From Clostridia bacterium (lineage in GTDB: Bacteria > Bacillota > Clostridia > Christensenellales > CAG-314): a stretch of 64,000 nt of DNA. The notes under the pieces were generated by a model, which was given only the letters and a program-made list of their open reading frames with translations, did no database searches and was not told where the DNA came from. Location: contig JAVVRZ010000004.1 in the NCBI GenBank assembly GCA_036654455.1, forward strand, positions 199-64,198, in the 5' to 3' direction. This document shows, piece by piece, positions 1 to 9,139 of this stretch (its first letter is position 1; each line of letters begins with the position of its first letter). The position numbers and the translations under genes were made by a program.

Positions 1-15
1 CGAGGGCTTGATCAC
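1..15 (+). rRNA. probable extreme 3' end of 23S rRNA (partial, runs off the window)
   Basis: CGAGGGCTTGATCAC resembles the conserved bacterial 23S 3' terminus (..GTGAGGCTTAACCTT), and a 5S gene follows ~125 nt downstream. Confidence 0.3.
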
Positions 16-140
16 ATTTATATGTGATTCTTAGACCTTATACAAATTATTTCTTTTACGCTTTTGTTATTGAACTATGCAGTTGTCAATGTTCCCTTTA
101 ATAGATTATCCTACGGCTATTTGGCCGTTAATAATAACCA

Positions 141-259
141 TTGCGGTGGTTATAGCGAGAAGGATCCACCTGTTCTCATACCGAACACAGAAGTTAAGCT
201 TCTCAACGCTGACAATACTTGGCGGGTAACTGCCCGGGAAGATAAGAAGCTGCCGCATC
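141..259 (+). rRNA. rrf: 5S ribosomal RNA
   Basis: Conserved 5S core CCACCTGTTCTCATACCGAACACAGAAGTTAAGC. The termini pair as helix I (TGCGGTGG with GCTGCCGCA). Length is ~119 nt. Confidence 0.85.
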
Positions 260-266
260 CAACAAG

Positions 267-303
267 GCGCAAGAGTATTTTATAAATACTCTTGCGTTTT
301 TTT
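267..303 (+). terminator. rho-independent terminator of the rRNA operon
   Basis: Hairpin GCAAGAGTATTT/AAATACTCTTGC followed by GTTTTTTT. Confidence 0.8.
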
Positions 304-545
304 ATGCCCGTTTTTTCGTTACCACCGATATCTCATTATTTTTTATTTCGTCTTTTTATTGCGGCCTAAGTAGTTTTTTTGTAACTTGCGTTTTTGTTAC
401 CACCTATGTTCCATTATATTTTATTTCTTTTTTTGTTACGGTCTAAGTTGTTTTTTATGCCCATTTTTCGTTACCAACAATGTTCCATTATTATTTTATA
501 TTTTCTTGTTATGTCGATACTTCTTGACTTTATTATTTTTTTATA
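291..545. repeat. degenerate tandem repeat, about 3 copies of ~74-78 bp, T-rich
   Basis: GTTACCACCGATATCTCATTAT.. (318), GTTACCACCTATGTTCCATTAT.. (396), GTTACCAACAATGTTCCATTAT.. (470). Flanking TTTTTTATGCCC(G/A)TTTTTC and CTTGCGTTTTT are also duplicated. Confidence 0.7.
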
Positions 546-1243
546 TAGGCCTGCGTTTCGTCACTTTTTATCTCGAACATTTCCAATTTCACTTGTCGTT
601 ATTATTTATCTCGTAGCCTTATTTTTGCGTAAATATTTTTTGCTACCTTTTATTATAATAAGCAATATCTATCAGTTATTTAATTAATATTTATTTTTAT
701 CATTTGTAATTGTCTATATAATTATATTTTTTTAAATATTTGTTATAAATGTAAATTTTCCTTTAAGTTCTATCTTTAAATTTAGATATTTCGCAAAGTT
801 TTTGTCAAATTACGAAGTTCTACACGGCGAGATTATTTCGGTCGGTAGAGAGTATATATTTAGCTTTTGGCTGTTGTAGGGCTTCTTATGGGCTTATTTT
901 GCCATACATTTTTTGTTACAGCGTTTTAAGTCTTTTTTATAAGCTCCATAAGACTTAATTTGCTTTAAAATTATTCTTTTATGCCTTGTAAAAAGTCCAA
1001 ACGGTTAAACTGCTTGCAAGTTCTTTTTTTTAAAGGACAAAAACATAAAATTTTAAACAATAAGTAAAAATAATAGTAAAAAATAAATAAAAGCATAGAC
1101 AAACTAAGTTTATTTTGTTACAATCTATTAATATCAATGAAATGAAAGCTAATATTATTTTTTTTGAGCGTTTAAACACTATTTAAGACGCTAAAAAATA
1201 AAATATATAAGTATTTTTCTTTTTAACTGCATAAGGAGAGTGT

Positions 1244-3622
1244 ATGGCAACGGTAAAAAAGCAGTCTAATATAATATCTTCGCAAAATCCTGCGGCTTGG
1301 TGGGGAGAAACTTGGCGAGAAGGGTATTTTGTAGGCAACGGAGTAATTGGCGCAAATGTTTGCGGTGGCGCAAGCTGTGAAAAAGTTCTTATTACCCACG
1401 CAGATTTATTGTGGCAAGGTCGAATAAATGTTGTTCCCGACGTAAGCGCAAAGTTAGTTCAAGCTCGTCAACTTGTCGAGTCCGGGCAATATATTGAGGT
1501 CGGCGACGTTTACACGAGGGCTCTTGCAAGCAAAAATTTCCGTCCGCAACACTTCTATTCCTTCCCTCTATGCGTGCTTAAAGCTACTACGTTGTTAGAG
1601 CGTAGTCCAAAAGAATTCCTACGCAGTCTTAATATGAACAACGCCGAAGTAACGGTTACTTATATTGATGGTCAAACTAGAACCAACCGCAATTTATTTG
1701 TTTCTAGGGCAAATGACACTATTGTCTACGAAATAACTAAGACGGGCGGAAGTAAATTGTTGGACTACGAATTTAGCCTAGAAACGCAGGACGCTTACAA
1801 TAGTCGCACTCCAAACAGCTTTTCTAATCTTCCGCAGGGCGTTAGAACCAAATACGACCGTTATTTTATGTATTACACGGCTCGTAACGACGACGGAGCA
1901 GACTACGGCGCAGTTGCAAAACTTAATCATTACGGCGGTAATTTAACAGTTACCGATCAAGGTATTCGTATTTCGGGCGCAAATTCAATAATCATTTATC
2001 TTAAAGTATTTGTTAAAAGCGCATACGAAAAAGAGTTTACCCGTCTTAAACAAGAACTTAGTTTGCTTAAAGACCCTTATGACAAATTATTAAAACAACA
2101 CACCACCATACACCAAAAGTTATATTCTTCTTCAACCCTCAGCTTTGAAGATACCGAAGACCAAATAACTGATGTTTTAATTGAAAATGTTAAAAAGCAA
2201 GATATTTCTACCGATTTGATTGAAAAAGAATATAAATACGCAAGATATTTGCTAATTTGTTCGACCAACGAACACGGTAGATTGTTTAATCCTTACGGAC
2301 TTTGGAGCGGTAGCTTCCGCCCTTATCGTTCGGCTATGCTTTATTCTGGCGCTATACAAGAAGTCTACAACTTTGCCGTGCAAACAAATTTGTTACCGCT
2401 TGCCGAATCTATATTTAATTTTTTAGACGAACATTTAGGCGAATTTAAAGATAATGCGATAAGATTATTTAATTGTCGGGGTATATTTATTCCAACAATC
2501 CTTGCGACAAATACGGGTAGGCTAGGCTCGATTGAGCCAAACGCAATACATTTTACAGGTTGCGCCGGGCTTACCGCAAGACTTTACAAGCAATATTATT
2601 TGTTAACCGGCAATGCCAAATTTTTTAAAACTAGGTATTTGCCCTTTTTGCGTGAGGTTGCGGTATTTTATCAAGATTATTTTAAAATTTTAAAAGATGG
2701 TAGCGTACTATCTACGCCGTCGTGTTTGCCGGAATCAACCTTTACAAGCATTTCCGCCTCGCAAGATTACCCAATAGCTAAAAACGCATATATAGACTTT
2801 GTTTTATGCAAAGAAGTTCTTACCGACTTAATCGAGGGGTGCAAAGAAAGCAAACTATTCTTAGCCGAGATTGATTCGTGGCAAACCTTACTTAACGCCT
2901 TGCCCAAAAGGCAACTTTCACCCGGCGGAGAGATTAAAGACTTTCTTGACTGCGACGTTAAATCAACCCAAATTACCAATATTTCTACGCTTTACGAGGT
3001 TGATAACGCCGAAACTGCTAGCGACCTTGCAAACGACCTACTTCAAACGGCAAAAGCTAAGTTTTGCGAACCTAATAAGCAAAATTCTTATAATTTATCT
3101 ATGCTTGCGCTTGCCTTTGTCAAATTAAATCAAAAGAAACTAGCGCAAGAAGCAATCGCCAACGTGGTTAGAGGTTGTAGTATGTCAAATCTTGCCCTAA
3201 CCCTTAATGACTGGCGTGGTATGGGCGTGTGTGGTAATGAAATTTATGCCCCGATGCAATTACAAAGCAATATAATAATAGCTTCCGCTATTCAAAATAT
3301 GTTGCTTAGGACTTCTCAAAATTCTATCTATATCTTGCCTTGTATGCCAACGGAATGGGGCAGTTTTAAAGCCGATAATTTGCTTTCGGTAAATAGTTGT
3401 GAAGTTTCTATCGCATATAACAGTTCTAAGTCGACCTTGCAAGTAGATATTAAAGCTAGAAAAGCTAGCGTATTTAATCTAATTTTACCCGATGGAACAA
3501 AAAAACTTCTTAAATCGGCGACTAAACTAATATTTGACGTTGAAAAAGATACTATCGACAATATAGAACTATCCGCAGGAAAGTCAATTAGCTTAAATTT
3601 TGCGTTTAAGCCCAACAAATAA
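1244..3622 (+). CDS. glycoside hydrolase family 95-like protein (putative alpha-L-fucosidase-type)
   Basis: N-terminus WWGETWREGYFVGNGVIGANVCGG..EKVLITHADLLWQG fits the GH95 N-terminal signature (W.E..P.GNG.LGA.V.GG..E...LNE..LWSG). 792 aa is typical. RBS AAGGAGAG. Confidence 0.6.
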   Translation: MATVKKQSNIISSQNPAAWWGETWREGYFVGNGVIGANVCGGASCEKVLITHADLLWQGRINVVPDVSAKLVQARQLVESGQYIEVGDVYTRALASKNFRPQHFYSFPLCVLKATTLLERSPKEFLRSLNMNNAEVTVTYIDGQTRTNRNLFVSRANDTIVYEITKTGGSKLLDYEFSLETQDAYNSRTPNSFSNLPQGVRTKYDRYFMYYTARNDDGADYGAVAKLNHYGGNLTVTDQGIRISGANSIIIYLKVFVKSAYEKEFTRLKQELSLLKDPYDKLLKQHTTIHQKLYSSSTLSFEDTEDQITDVLIENVKKQDISTDLIEKEYKYARYLLICSTNEHGRLFNPYGLWSGSFRPYRSAMLYSGAIQEVYNFAVQTNLLPLAESIFNFLDEHLGEFKDNAIRLFNCRGIFIPTILATNTGRLGSIEPNAIHFTGCAGLTARLYKQYYLLTGNAKFFKTRYLPFLREVAVFYQDYFKILKDGSVLSTPSCLPESTFTSISASQDYPIAKNAYIDFVLCKEVLTDLIEGCKESKLFLAEIDSWQTLLNALPKRQLSPGGEIKDFLDCDVKSTQITNISTLYEVDNAETASDLANDLLQTAKAKFCEPNKQNSYNLSMLALAFVKLNQKKLAQEAIANVVRGCSMSNLALTLNDWRGMGVCGNEIYAPMQLQSNIIIASAIQNMLLRTSQNSIYILPCMPTEWGSFKADNLLSVNSCEVSIAYNSSKSTLQVDIKARKASVFNLILPDGTKKLLKSATKLIFDVEKDTIDNIELSAGKSISLNFAFKPNK

Positions 3623-3628
3623 GAAGGA

Positions 3629-4099
3629 ATGATTATGAAATGTTTATTTTGCGGTTGTGAAGAAAGCAAGGTTGTTGATTCTAGGTCAATCGAAGAAGGC
3701 AACGCTATTCGCCGTCGTAGGGAGTGCGAAGGCTGCGGAAGGCGTTTTACGACTTTCGAAACGATAGAGACTACGCCTATATTAGTAATCAAAAATAGCG
3801 GAGTACGCCAACCTTTTGACAAAAATAAGCTTAAAAATGGTATTATAAAAGCCTGTGAAAAACGACCTGTCGCAATGCGTCAAGTCGATAGTCTTGTAGA
3901 AGACATACAAAAGCAACTTTTTAATTCGCTAGAACAAGAAGTTACAAGCAAGCGTATCGGCGAGCTTGTTATGGAGGGTCTTAAAAGCATAGACGAGGTC
4001 GCTTACATTCGTTTTGCCTCAGTGTATAGACAATTTAAAGACAGCGCAACTTTTATTCAAGAAATGACAAAAATTTTTGAACCTGAAAAAAAGATATAA
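3629..4099 (+). CDS. nrdR: transcriptional repressor NrdR
   Basis: MKCLFCGCEESKVVDSRSIEEGNAIRRRRECEGCGRRFTTFE zinc ribbon plus ATP-cone, ~155 aa. Confidence 0.95.
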   Translation: MIMKCLFCGCEESKVVDSRSIEEGNAIRRRRECEGCGRRFTTFETIETTPILVIKNSGVRQPFDKNKLKNGIIKACEKRPVAMRQVDSLVEDIQKQLFNSLEQEVTSKRIGELVMEGLKSIDEVAYIRFASVYRQFKDSATFIQEMTKIFEPEKKI

Positions 4100-5160
4100 T
4101 GTTTGTAGATATTTTACTAAAACATTACAATAAATATCCGCTTATGCGCATAGACGACTTTGTTAAATTAATTTATCAAAGCGAATTCGGCGCGCATTTT
4201 AACCCTAATTACGATGTAATTCTTCAAGGCATTGAAGAAGAATGTCGAAATCTTACACCGCAAATCAAACCGACAATGCCAATTTCCAGCAATCTTGTAA
4301 GGGTAGACTTGCAAGATTGTTTGTATAAAGGCGTAAAATTTTCAATTCTTGCAAATATGTTTTGTTTAAGTAGCCTCGAAGGCAATCAAGAATCTATTTG
4401 TCAAAAATTTGATATTTTGCTTGATTTAATTCAAAGTAAAAAAATAAATTTATCTTTAAACGCAACCAAGGCATTTTTAATTAATTATAAAAAGTCGCCT
4501 TACGCTTTGTCGCACTCAATGGCTTACAGCAAAAATTATCAACCGCATTATAGAGTAATCGATAGCAAACTTTGGCAACTTTATAAGGTAATTGAAATTA
4601 TCGAGGGCATAGCCGACAAAAAAGGCACGGTAGTAGTGGCGTTTGAGGGTTGTTCGGCAAGCGGAAAAACCACAACGGCAGGTATAATTAAGAATTATTT
4701 TGGCAGTCGTTGCAATTTGTTCCATACCGACAATTTCTTTTTGCCTCAAAGCCTAAAAACGAAGGAGCGACTAGCTGAAATAGGTGGCAACATTAATTAC
4801 GAAAAATTACAAGAGTTGCTACATTCTATTAGACAGGGACAAGTCGTAGGCTACCAAAGTTTTGATTGCCATACCCAAACTTTCACAAATATTTCCCTAC
4901 CGCCGTCAAATATCAACATCGTAGAGGGGGTTTATTCGCTTCACCCAACGTTAATTAAAAATTACGACCAAATTTTCTTGTTTAGCGTAGATAAATACGT
5001 TCAACAACAGCGAATAACCTTGCGTGACGGGCAAGAGGGGTTAAAACAATACAATGAAGTTTGGTTGCCGCTTGAAAATAAATACCTAAATAGTTTGGCT
5101 CTACAAGGAGAAGTAAACTATATCGACGCAAATGACCTTGACAACATCATTATTAAATAA
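4099..5160 (+). CDS. two-domain protein: unknown N-terminal domain plus uridine-kinase-like P-loop domain
   Basis: Walker A AFEGCSASGKTT at ~aa 180. The C-terminal half resembles uridine/nucleoside kinases. The ATG overlaps the nrdR stop (TAATG). Confidence 0.55.
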   Translation: MFVDILLKHYNKYPLMRIDDFVKLIYQSEFGAHFNPNYDVILQGIEEECRNLTPQIKPTMPISSNLVRVDLQDCLYKGVKFSILANMFCLSSLEGNQESICQKFDILLDLIQSKKINLSLNATKAFLINYKKSPYALSHSMAYSKNYQPHYRVIDSKLWQLYKVIEIIEGIADKKGTVVVAFEGCSASGKTTTAGIIKNYFGSRCNLFHTDNFFLPQSLKTKERLAEIGGNINYEKLQELLHSIRQGQVVGYQSFDCHTQTFTNISLPPSNINIVEGVYSLHPTLIKNYDQIFLFSVDKYVQQQRITLRDGQEGLKQYNEVWLPLENKYLNSLALQGEVNYIDANDLDNIIIK

Positions 5161-5181
5161 AGATTAATTTAATAACTATTT

Positions 5182-5280
5182 CAATATTACTTAAATTAAA
5201 AAAACGAACATATTCAATATTACTTAAATTAAAAAAACGAACAAATTTAATATTACTTAAATTAAAAAAATGCAACAAAA
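5182..5280. repeat. 3 tandem copies of a 33-bp unit
   Basis: CAATATTACTTAAATTAAAAAAACGAACA at 5182 and 5215, with a diverged third copy at 5248. Confidence 0.9.
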
Positions 5281-5310
5281 ACTCCACTACACAGTAGTGG
5301 AGTTGATTTT
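5277..5310. terminator. bidirectional rho-independent terminator between convergent genes
   Basis: Stem CTCCACTAC/GTAGTGGAG (5282-5302) flanked by A-run and T-run. Confidence 0.8.
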
Positions 5311-5331
5311 TGTAGTAAAATTAACCGTTAA

Positions 5332-5880
5332 TTATTTAATCTCGTCGGTAGGCTCGTCGACAGGTTGCTCAACTGGCTTAGCAACTTTCTTTGGAGCTTT
5401 TTTGGCTGTTTCTTTCTTTTCCTCAGTCTTCTTAACCGGACTAGCGACAGGCTTAGCGGACTTTTTGGGAGCAGGAACTTTTGCAGCTTCTTTTGCCTTT
5501 CTTGCGTCGTTAATAGTCGCCTTAATTGTGGCTTGTTCTTCGGCTTTTTTGACTGCGGCAGCCTTTTGCTCGGCTTGCTTTTGTGTCTTAGCGTCAATCT
5601 TGATTACGACAATGCCGTTTACAAGTTGATACAAAGCTTTACTAACTTGTGATTTTTTGCGGTTAGCGCAATTTTTGTGGATAACGCCCTTAGTTGCTGC
5701 GCCGTCGATTTTGCTTTCGGCGATAGGCAATAATTTCTTAGCAAGTTCAAGGTCGCTACTAGAAATAGCTGCGTTAAATTTTTTGATTGCGGTGTTCATT
5801 TGCGAACGAACCATTTGATTTTCAAGTTTTTTCTTGTTTGAAACAGAAACTCTCTTTTCTGCGGATTTAATGTTAGGCAT
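5332..5880 (-). CDS. rpsT: 30S ribosomal protein S20 with ~95-aa Lys/Ala/Pro/Glu-rich C-terminal extension
   Basis: MPNIKSAEKRVSVSNKKKLENQ..AIKKF..KGVIHKN.ANRKKS is canonical S20. The tail KAAAVKKAEE..PAPKKSAKPVASPVKKTEEKKETAKKAPKKVAKP is low complexity. Confidence 0.9.
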   Translation of the reverse strand: MPNIKSAEKRVSVSNKKKLENQMVRSQMNTAIKKFNAAISSSDLELAKKLLPIAESKIDGAATKGVIHKNCANRKKSQVSKALYQLVNGIVVIKIDAKTQKQAEQKAAAVKKAEEQATIKATINDARKAKEAAKVPAPKKSAKPVASPVKKTEEKKETAKKAPKKVAKPVEQPVDEPTDEIK

Positions 5881-5942
5881 TTTCTACTCCTTACCCTTTA
5901 ATTTCTTATTTAGCCTTGTAATTTTATCACAAATTACAATAT

Positions 5943-6713
5943 TTGACAACAATTTTAGCTAATAATTATTATTTAGTTTGCTTATACATAGTATATAGCG
6001 TGAGCATTGTTATAATTGATAGCGGAGTAGGGGGAAGCTCCGTTTACCAAAAGGTAAAAAAATTACTTCCTCAGCAAAATTACATATATTTTTGCGATAA
6101 TTTGCATTTCCCATACGGAGAGCGTAGCGTTATGGAGTTGCAACAAATAGCCAAACAAAACATCGATTACTTGATAAACAATTACCAAGTAAGTTGTTTT
6201 GTTTTAGCTTGCAATACTATTACGGCTTGCGCAATAGATTGTCTGCGGTCAACCTACCTAGACTATTCTTTCGTAGGCACTGAACCGCCAATTAAACAAG
6301 CGCTTGAATATACGGCTAATAATTGCTTAGTCGCCAGCACTCGGGCGACAGCGTTAAGTCAACGCTTAAAAGAGCGTTTTAACCAAGATAACGTTAAATT
6401 TGTAGCTTTTGACAAGCTTGCCTCAATGGTAGAATGTCAAGAGCCAAGCAAAAATATTAGTAGATATATCAATAGCGTACTTGAAAAACAAGATTATAAT
6501 TTTGACTGCGTAGCCTTAGGTTGCACGCATTTTTTATTATGTAAATACGAATTTTCCCAAGCATTTATCGGCGAAGTGTTTGATGGTAGCTTAGGGGTTG
6601 CGTCTAGGGTTAAACAATTAGTCGGCAAGGCTAGGCAAGAATTTGCTTGTTCGGTTATTTTAACCAAGCACGACGACAACAAATACAATCAAATTGTTAA
6701 GTTATTACAGTAA
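5943..6713 (+). CDS. murI: glutamate racemase
   Basis: IIDSGVGGSSVY, LACNT and LGCTHF motifs. The true start may be the GTG at ~6001 (VSIVIIDSGVGG). Confidence 0.85.
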   Translation: MTTILANNYYLVCLYIVYSVSIVIIDSGVGGSSVYQKVKKLLPQQNYIYFCDNLHFPYGERSVMELQQIAKQNIDYLINNYQVSCFVLACNTITACAIDCLRSTYLDYSFVGTEPPIKQALEYTANNCLVASTRATALSQRLKERFNQDNVKFVAFDKLASMVECQEPSKNISRYINSVLEKQDYNFDCVALGCTHFLLCKYEFSQAFIGEVFDGSLGVASRVKQLVGKARQEFACSVILTKHDDNKYNQIVKLLQ

Positions 6714-6942
6714 TTTTTATTTTTATCTTTGCCATTGTTGCTTTTATTTGTATTATTTGGTTTAACTTGAAATAAAATAAATCAATTTATTAAAAATATT
6801 CCTCTATTTATAATAAAAATAATAGTAAATAACCTTAAACTATTTGATAAATATAGCTGTTTAGTGTATAATCACGTTATATGGCGGTTTTTAACTACCT
6901 GTAACGCAAGTTTTATAAATTAAAGATAAAGGGGAATAAAAG

Positions 6943-9000
6943 ATGATCGCAAAAGACATTCGCAATTTTGCTCTTATAGGGCACAGCGGTGAGGGTAAGA
7001 CCACCCTAGCCGAAGCTATACTTTTTAACGCTAAGGCAATAGACAGACAAGGCAAAGTCGACGACGGCAACAGCACGCTTGACTTTGACCCCGAAGAAAT
7101 AGCTAAAAAAATATCTATTTCGCTATCGGTAGCTAACGGCACTTATAGGCAAACTAAATTTAATATTATCGACGTTCCCGGCTATTTTGACTTTGACGGC
7201 GAGAAAGTACAAGCTCTTTCGGTTGCCGACTCTGCTATAATCGTAACTTCGGCTTCGGGCGATATGTCCGTAGGCACAGAGAAGTCCATAGATTACTGTA
7301 TTGCAAACAAAATACCCGCAATTATATTTATCAACGGTCTTGACAAAGAGAATACTAATTATCAAGGTACTGTTTCGGCAATAACCGAGCGTTATTTAAC
7401 CAAAGTTACCCCGTTATTTATTCCTATTACTAAGGGTGGATTTAGCGGTTTTGCAAACGTTCTTAATGGTAAATTCTACCAAACTAGCGACGAAGCAAAC
7501 GCTATCGAAATGCCTTCTGCAATAGCTGACGAAGTAGCTTCGCTTCACTCAAAAGTTGTTGAGTCTGCCGCCGAAAGCGACGACAAACTTATGGAGAAAT
7601 ATTTCGAAGAAGGCGATTTAACCGAAGAAGAAGTTGAGCAAGGTCTTAAACAAGGCGTGCTTAATTGCGTAACAATTCCAATATTTGGCGGAGCTGCTTA
7701 TTCTAACAAGGGTATATTCAACTTAATGAACCATATCATTTCCCTTTTACCTAGCCCCGACAAACGTGAAATAATAGCTACCGACGACGACGGCAACAGC
7801 AAGACAATCAAATGCGACGCAACTTGCCCTGTTGTTTTGAGAGTATTTAAGACCGTAGTAGACCCCTTTGTAGGTCGACTAACATATTTTAAATTACTTA
7901 GTGGTTCGCTAAAAAGCGGTTTAATGCTTAAAAACGCCAATAAGGACAGCGAGGAAAAGATAAGCTCAATGTATTTTGTTAAAGGCAAAAAACAAGAGCC
8001 TACCGATACAATCACAGCCGGCGACATCGGCGCAGTTAGCAAACTAAATACGCCAACAACAGGCGACGTGCTTAGCGAGGGCGTAGAACTTACCCTTCCG
8101 CCCATCAATATGCCTTCACCCGTACTTTCAATGGCGGTTTACGCTGCAAAAAAAGGCGAAGAAGACAAGATTTTTGCCGGACTATCCAAACTTAAAGACG
8201 AGGATATTTCTTTCTCGGTAGTTAAAAATATTGAAACAAACGAAATGCTACTTTCGGGCGTAGGCGAAAACCAACTTGACATTTTGTGCCGTAAATTAAG
8301 AAATAAATTCGGCGTAGAAGCCGTGTTAAAAGAACCTCGCATCGCATATAAAGAAACAATCAAGGGCAAAGCTACCGCCGAAGGCAAACACAAAAAGCAA
8401 TCGGGCGGAGCAGGTCAATATGGCGTAGCTACAATCGAATTTGAGGCGGGCGCAGCCGACGGTATGTACGAATTTTGCGACAAGGTCGTAGGCGGAGCAA
8501 TACCCAAACAATTTATTCCGGCAGTAGACAAGGGGCTTAAAGAAGCCGTTAAAAAAGGTATCCTTGCAGGTTACCCAATGATTAACCTTAAATGTAGCGT
8601 AATTGACGGTAAATATCACCCCGTAGACAGTAAGGAAATCGCTTTCGTTTCGGCGGCAAAACTTGCATACGAAGAAGCTATTCCTAACGCAAAGCCAATT
8701 CTTCTCGAACCGGTATATCTTATTAAAGTAACTGTTCCCGAGAGCTTTATGGGCGATATTTTAGGCGACCTTAATAAGCGTCGTGGTAGAGTGCTAGGTA
8801 TGGAGCCTGACCAGGGTAGACAAATTATTTCCGCCGAAGTTCCTATGGCTGAAATTACTAAATACGCAACCGACCTGCGTTCGATGACGCAAGGCAGAGG
8901 CAGTTTTACTTTGGAGTTTATTAGATACGACGAAGTTCCCGCATTGTCGGCTACTAAGATTATCGAAGACGCTAAAAAGCGCGCGACCGAAGAAGAATAA
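6943..9000 (+). CDS. elongation factor G family GTPase (stand-alone paralog, not in a str operon)
   Basis: G1 IGHSGEGKTTLAEAILF, DVPGYFDF, 685 aa with EF-G domains IV/V. RBS AAGGGGA. Confidence 0.85.
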   Translation: MIAKDIRNFALIGHSGEGKTTLAEAILFNAKAIDRQGKVDDGNSTLDFDPEEIAKKISISLSVANGTYRQTKFNIIDVPGYFDFDGEKVQALSVADSAIIVTSASGDMSVGTEKSIDYCIANKIPAIIFINGLDKENTNYQGTVSAITERYLTKVTPLFIPITKGGFSGFANVLNGKFYQTSDEANAIEMPSAIADEVASLHSKVVESAAESDDKLMEKYFEEGDLTEEEVEQGLKQGVLNCVTIPIFGGAAYSNKGIFNLMNHIISLLPSPDKREIIATDDDGNSKTIKCDATCPVVLRVFKTVVDPFVGRLTYFKLLSGSLKSGLMLKNANKDSEEKISSMYFVKGKKQEPTDTITAGDIGAVSKLNTPTTGDVLSEGVELTLPPINMPSPVLSMAVYAAKKGEEDKIFAGLSKLKDEDISFSVVKNIETNEMLLSGVGENQLDILCRKLRNKFGVEAVLKEPRIAYKETIKGKATAEGKHKKQSGGAGQYGVATIEFEAGAADGMYEFCDKVVGGAIPKQFIPAVDKGLKEAVKKGILAGYPMINLKCSVIDGKYHPVDSKEIAFVSAAKLAYEEAIPNAKPILLEPVYLIKVTVPESFMGDILGDLNKRRGRVLGMEPDQGRQIISAEVPMAEITKYATDLRSMTQGRGSFTLEFIRYDEVPALSATKIIEDAKKRATEEE

Positions 9001-9020
9001 ACTAATATTTACAAAATTTA

Positions 9021-9050
9021 AAGGGGCAATTAGATACGCCCCTTTTTTGT
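9021..9050 (+). terminator. rho-independent terminator
   Basis: AAGGGGC..GCCCCTT followed by TTTTGT. Confidence 0.7.
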
Positions 9051-9139
9051 ATAAATTTTACCGTTTTTATATTTTACTTAAAAAAATTGATTTTTAGTCA
9101 ACATTACTATATAATGTATGGCAAGATAAGGAGAAGTTT

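Noticed and set aside
64-285. 73-aa ORF at the start of the window
   Set aside because: It overlaps the 5S rRNA gene and its terminator, so it is a spurious ORF.
386-687. Two overlapping Phe/Leu-rich ORFs (76 and 97 aa)
   Set aside because: They lie in the T-rich degenerate tandem-repeat region downstream of the rRNA operon. They have no RBS and a low-complexity composition driven by T-runs.
5270-5652. Three ORFs (119, 89 and 95 aa) overlapping the 3' half of rpsT
   Set aside because: These are shadow frames of the low-complexity Lys/Ala-rich S20 tail. The S20 frame is the one with a recognisable conserved domain and RBS.
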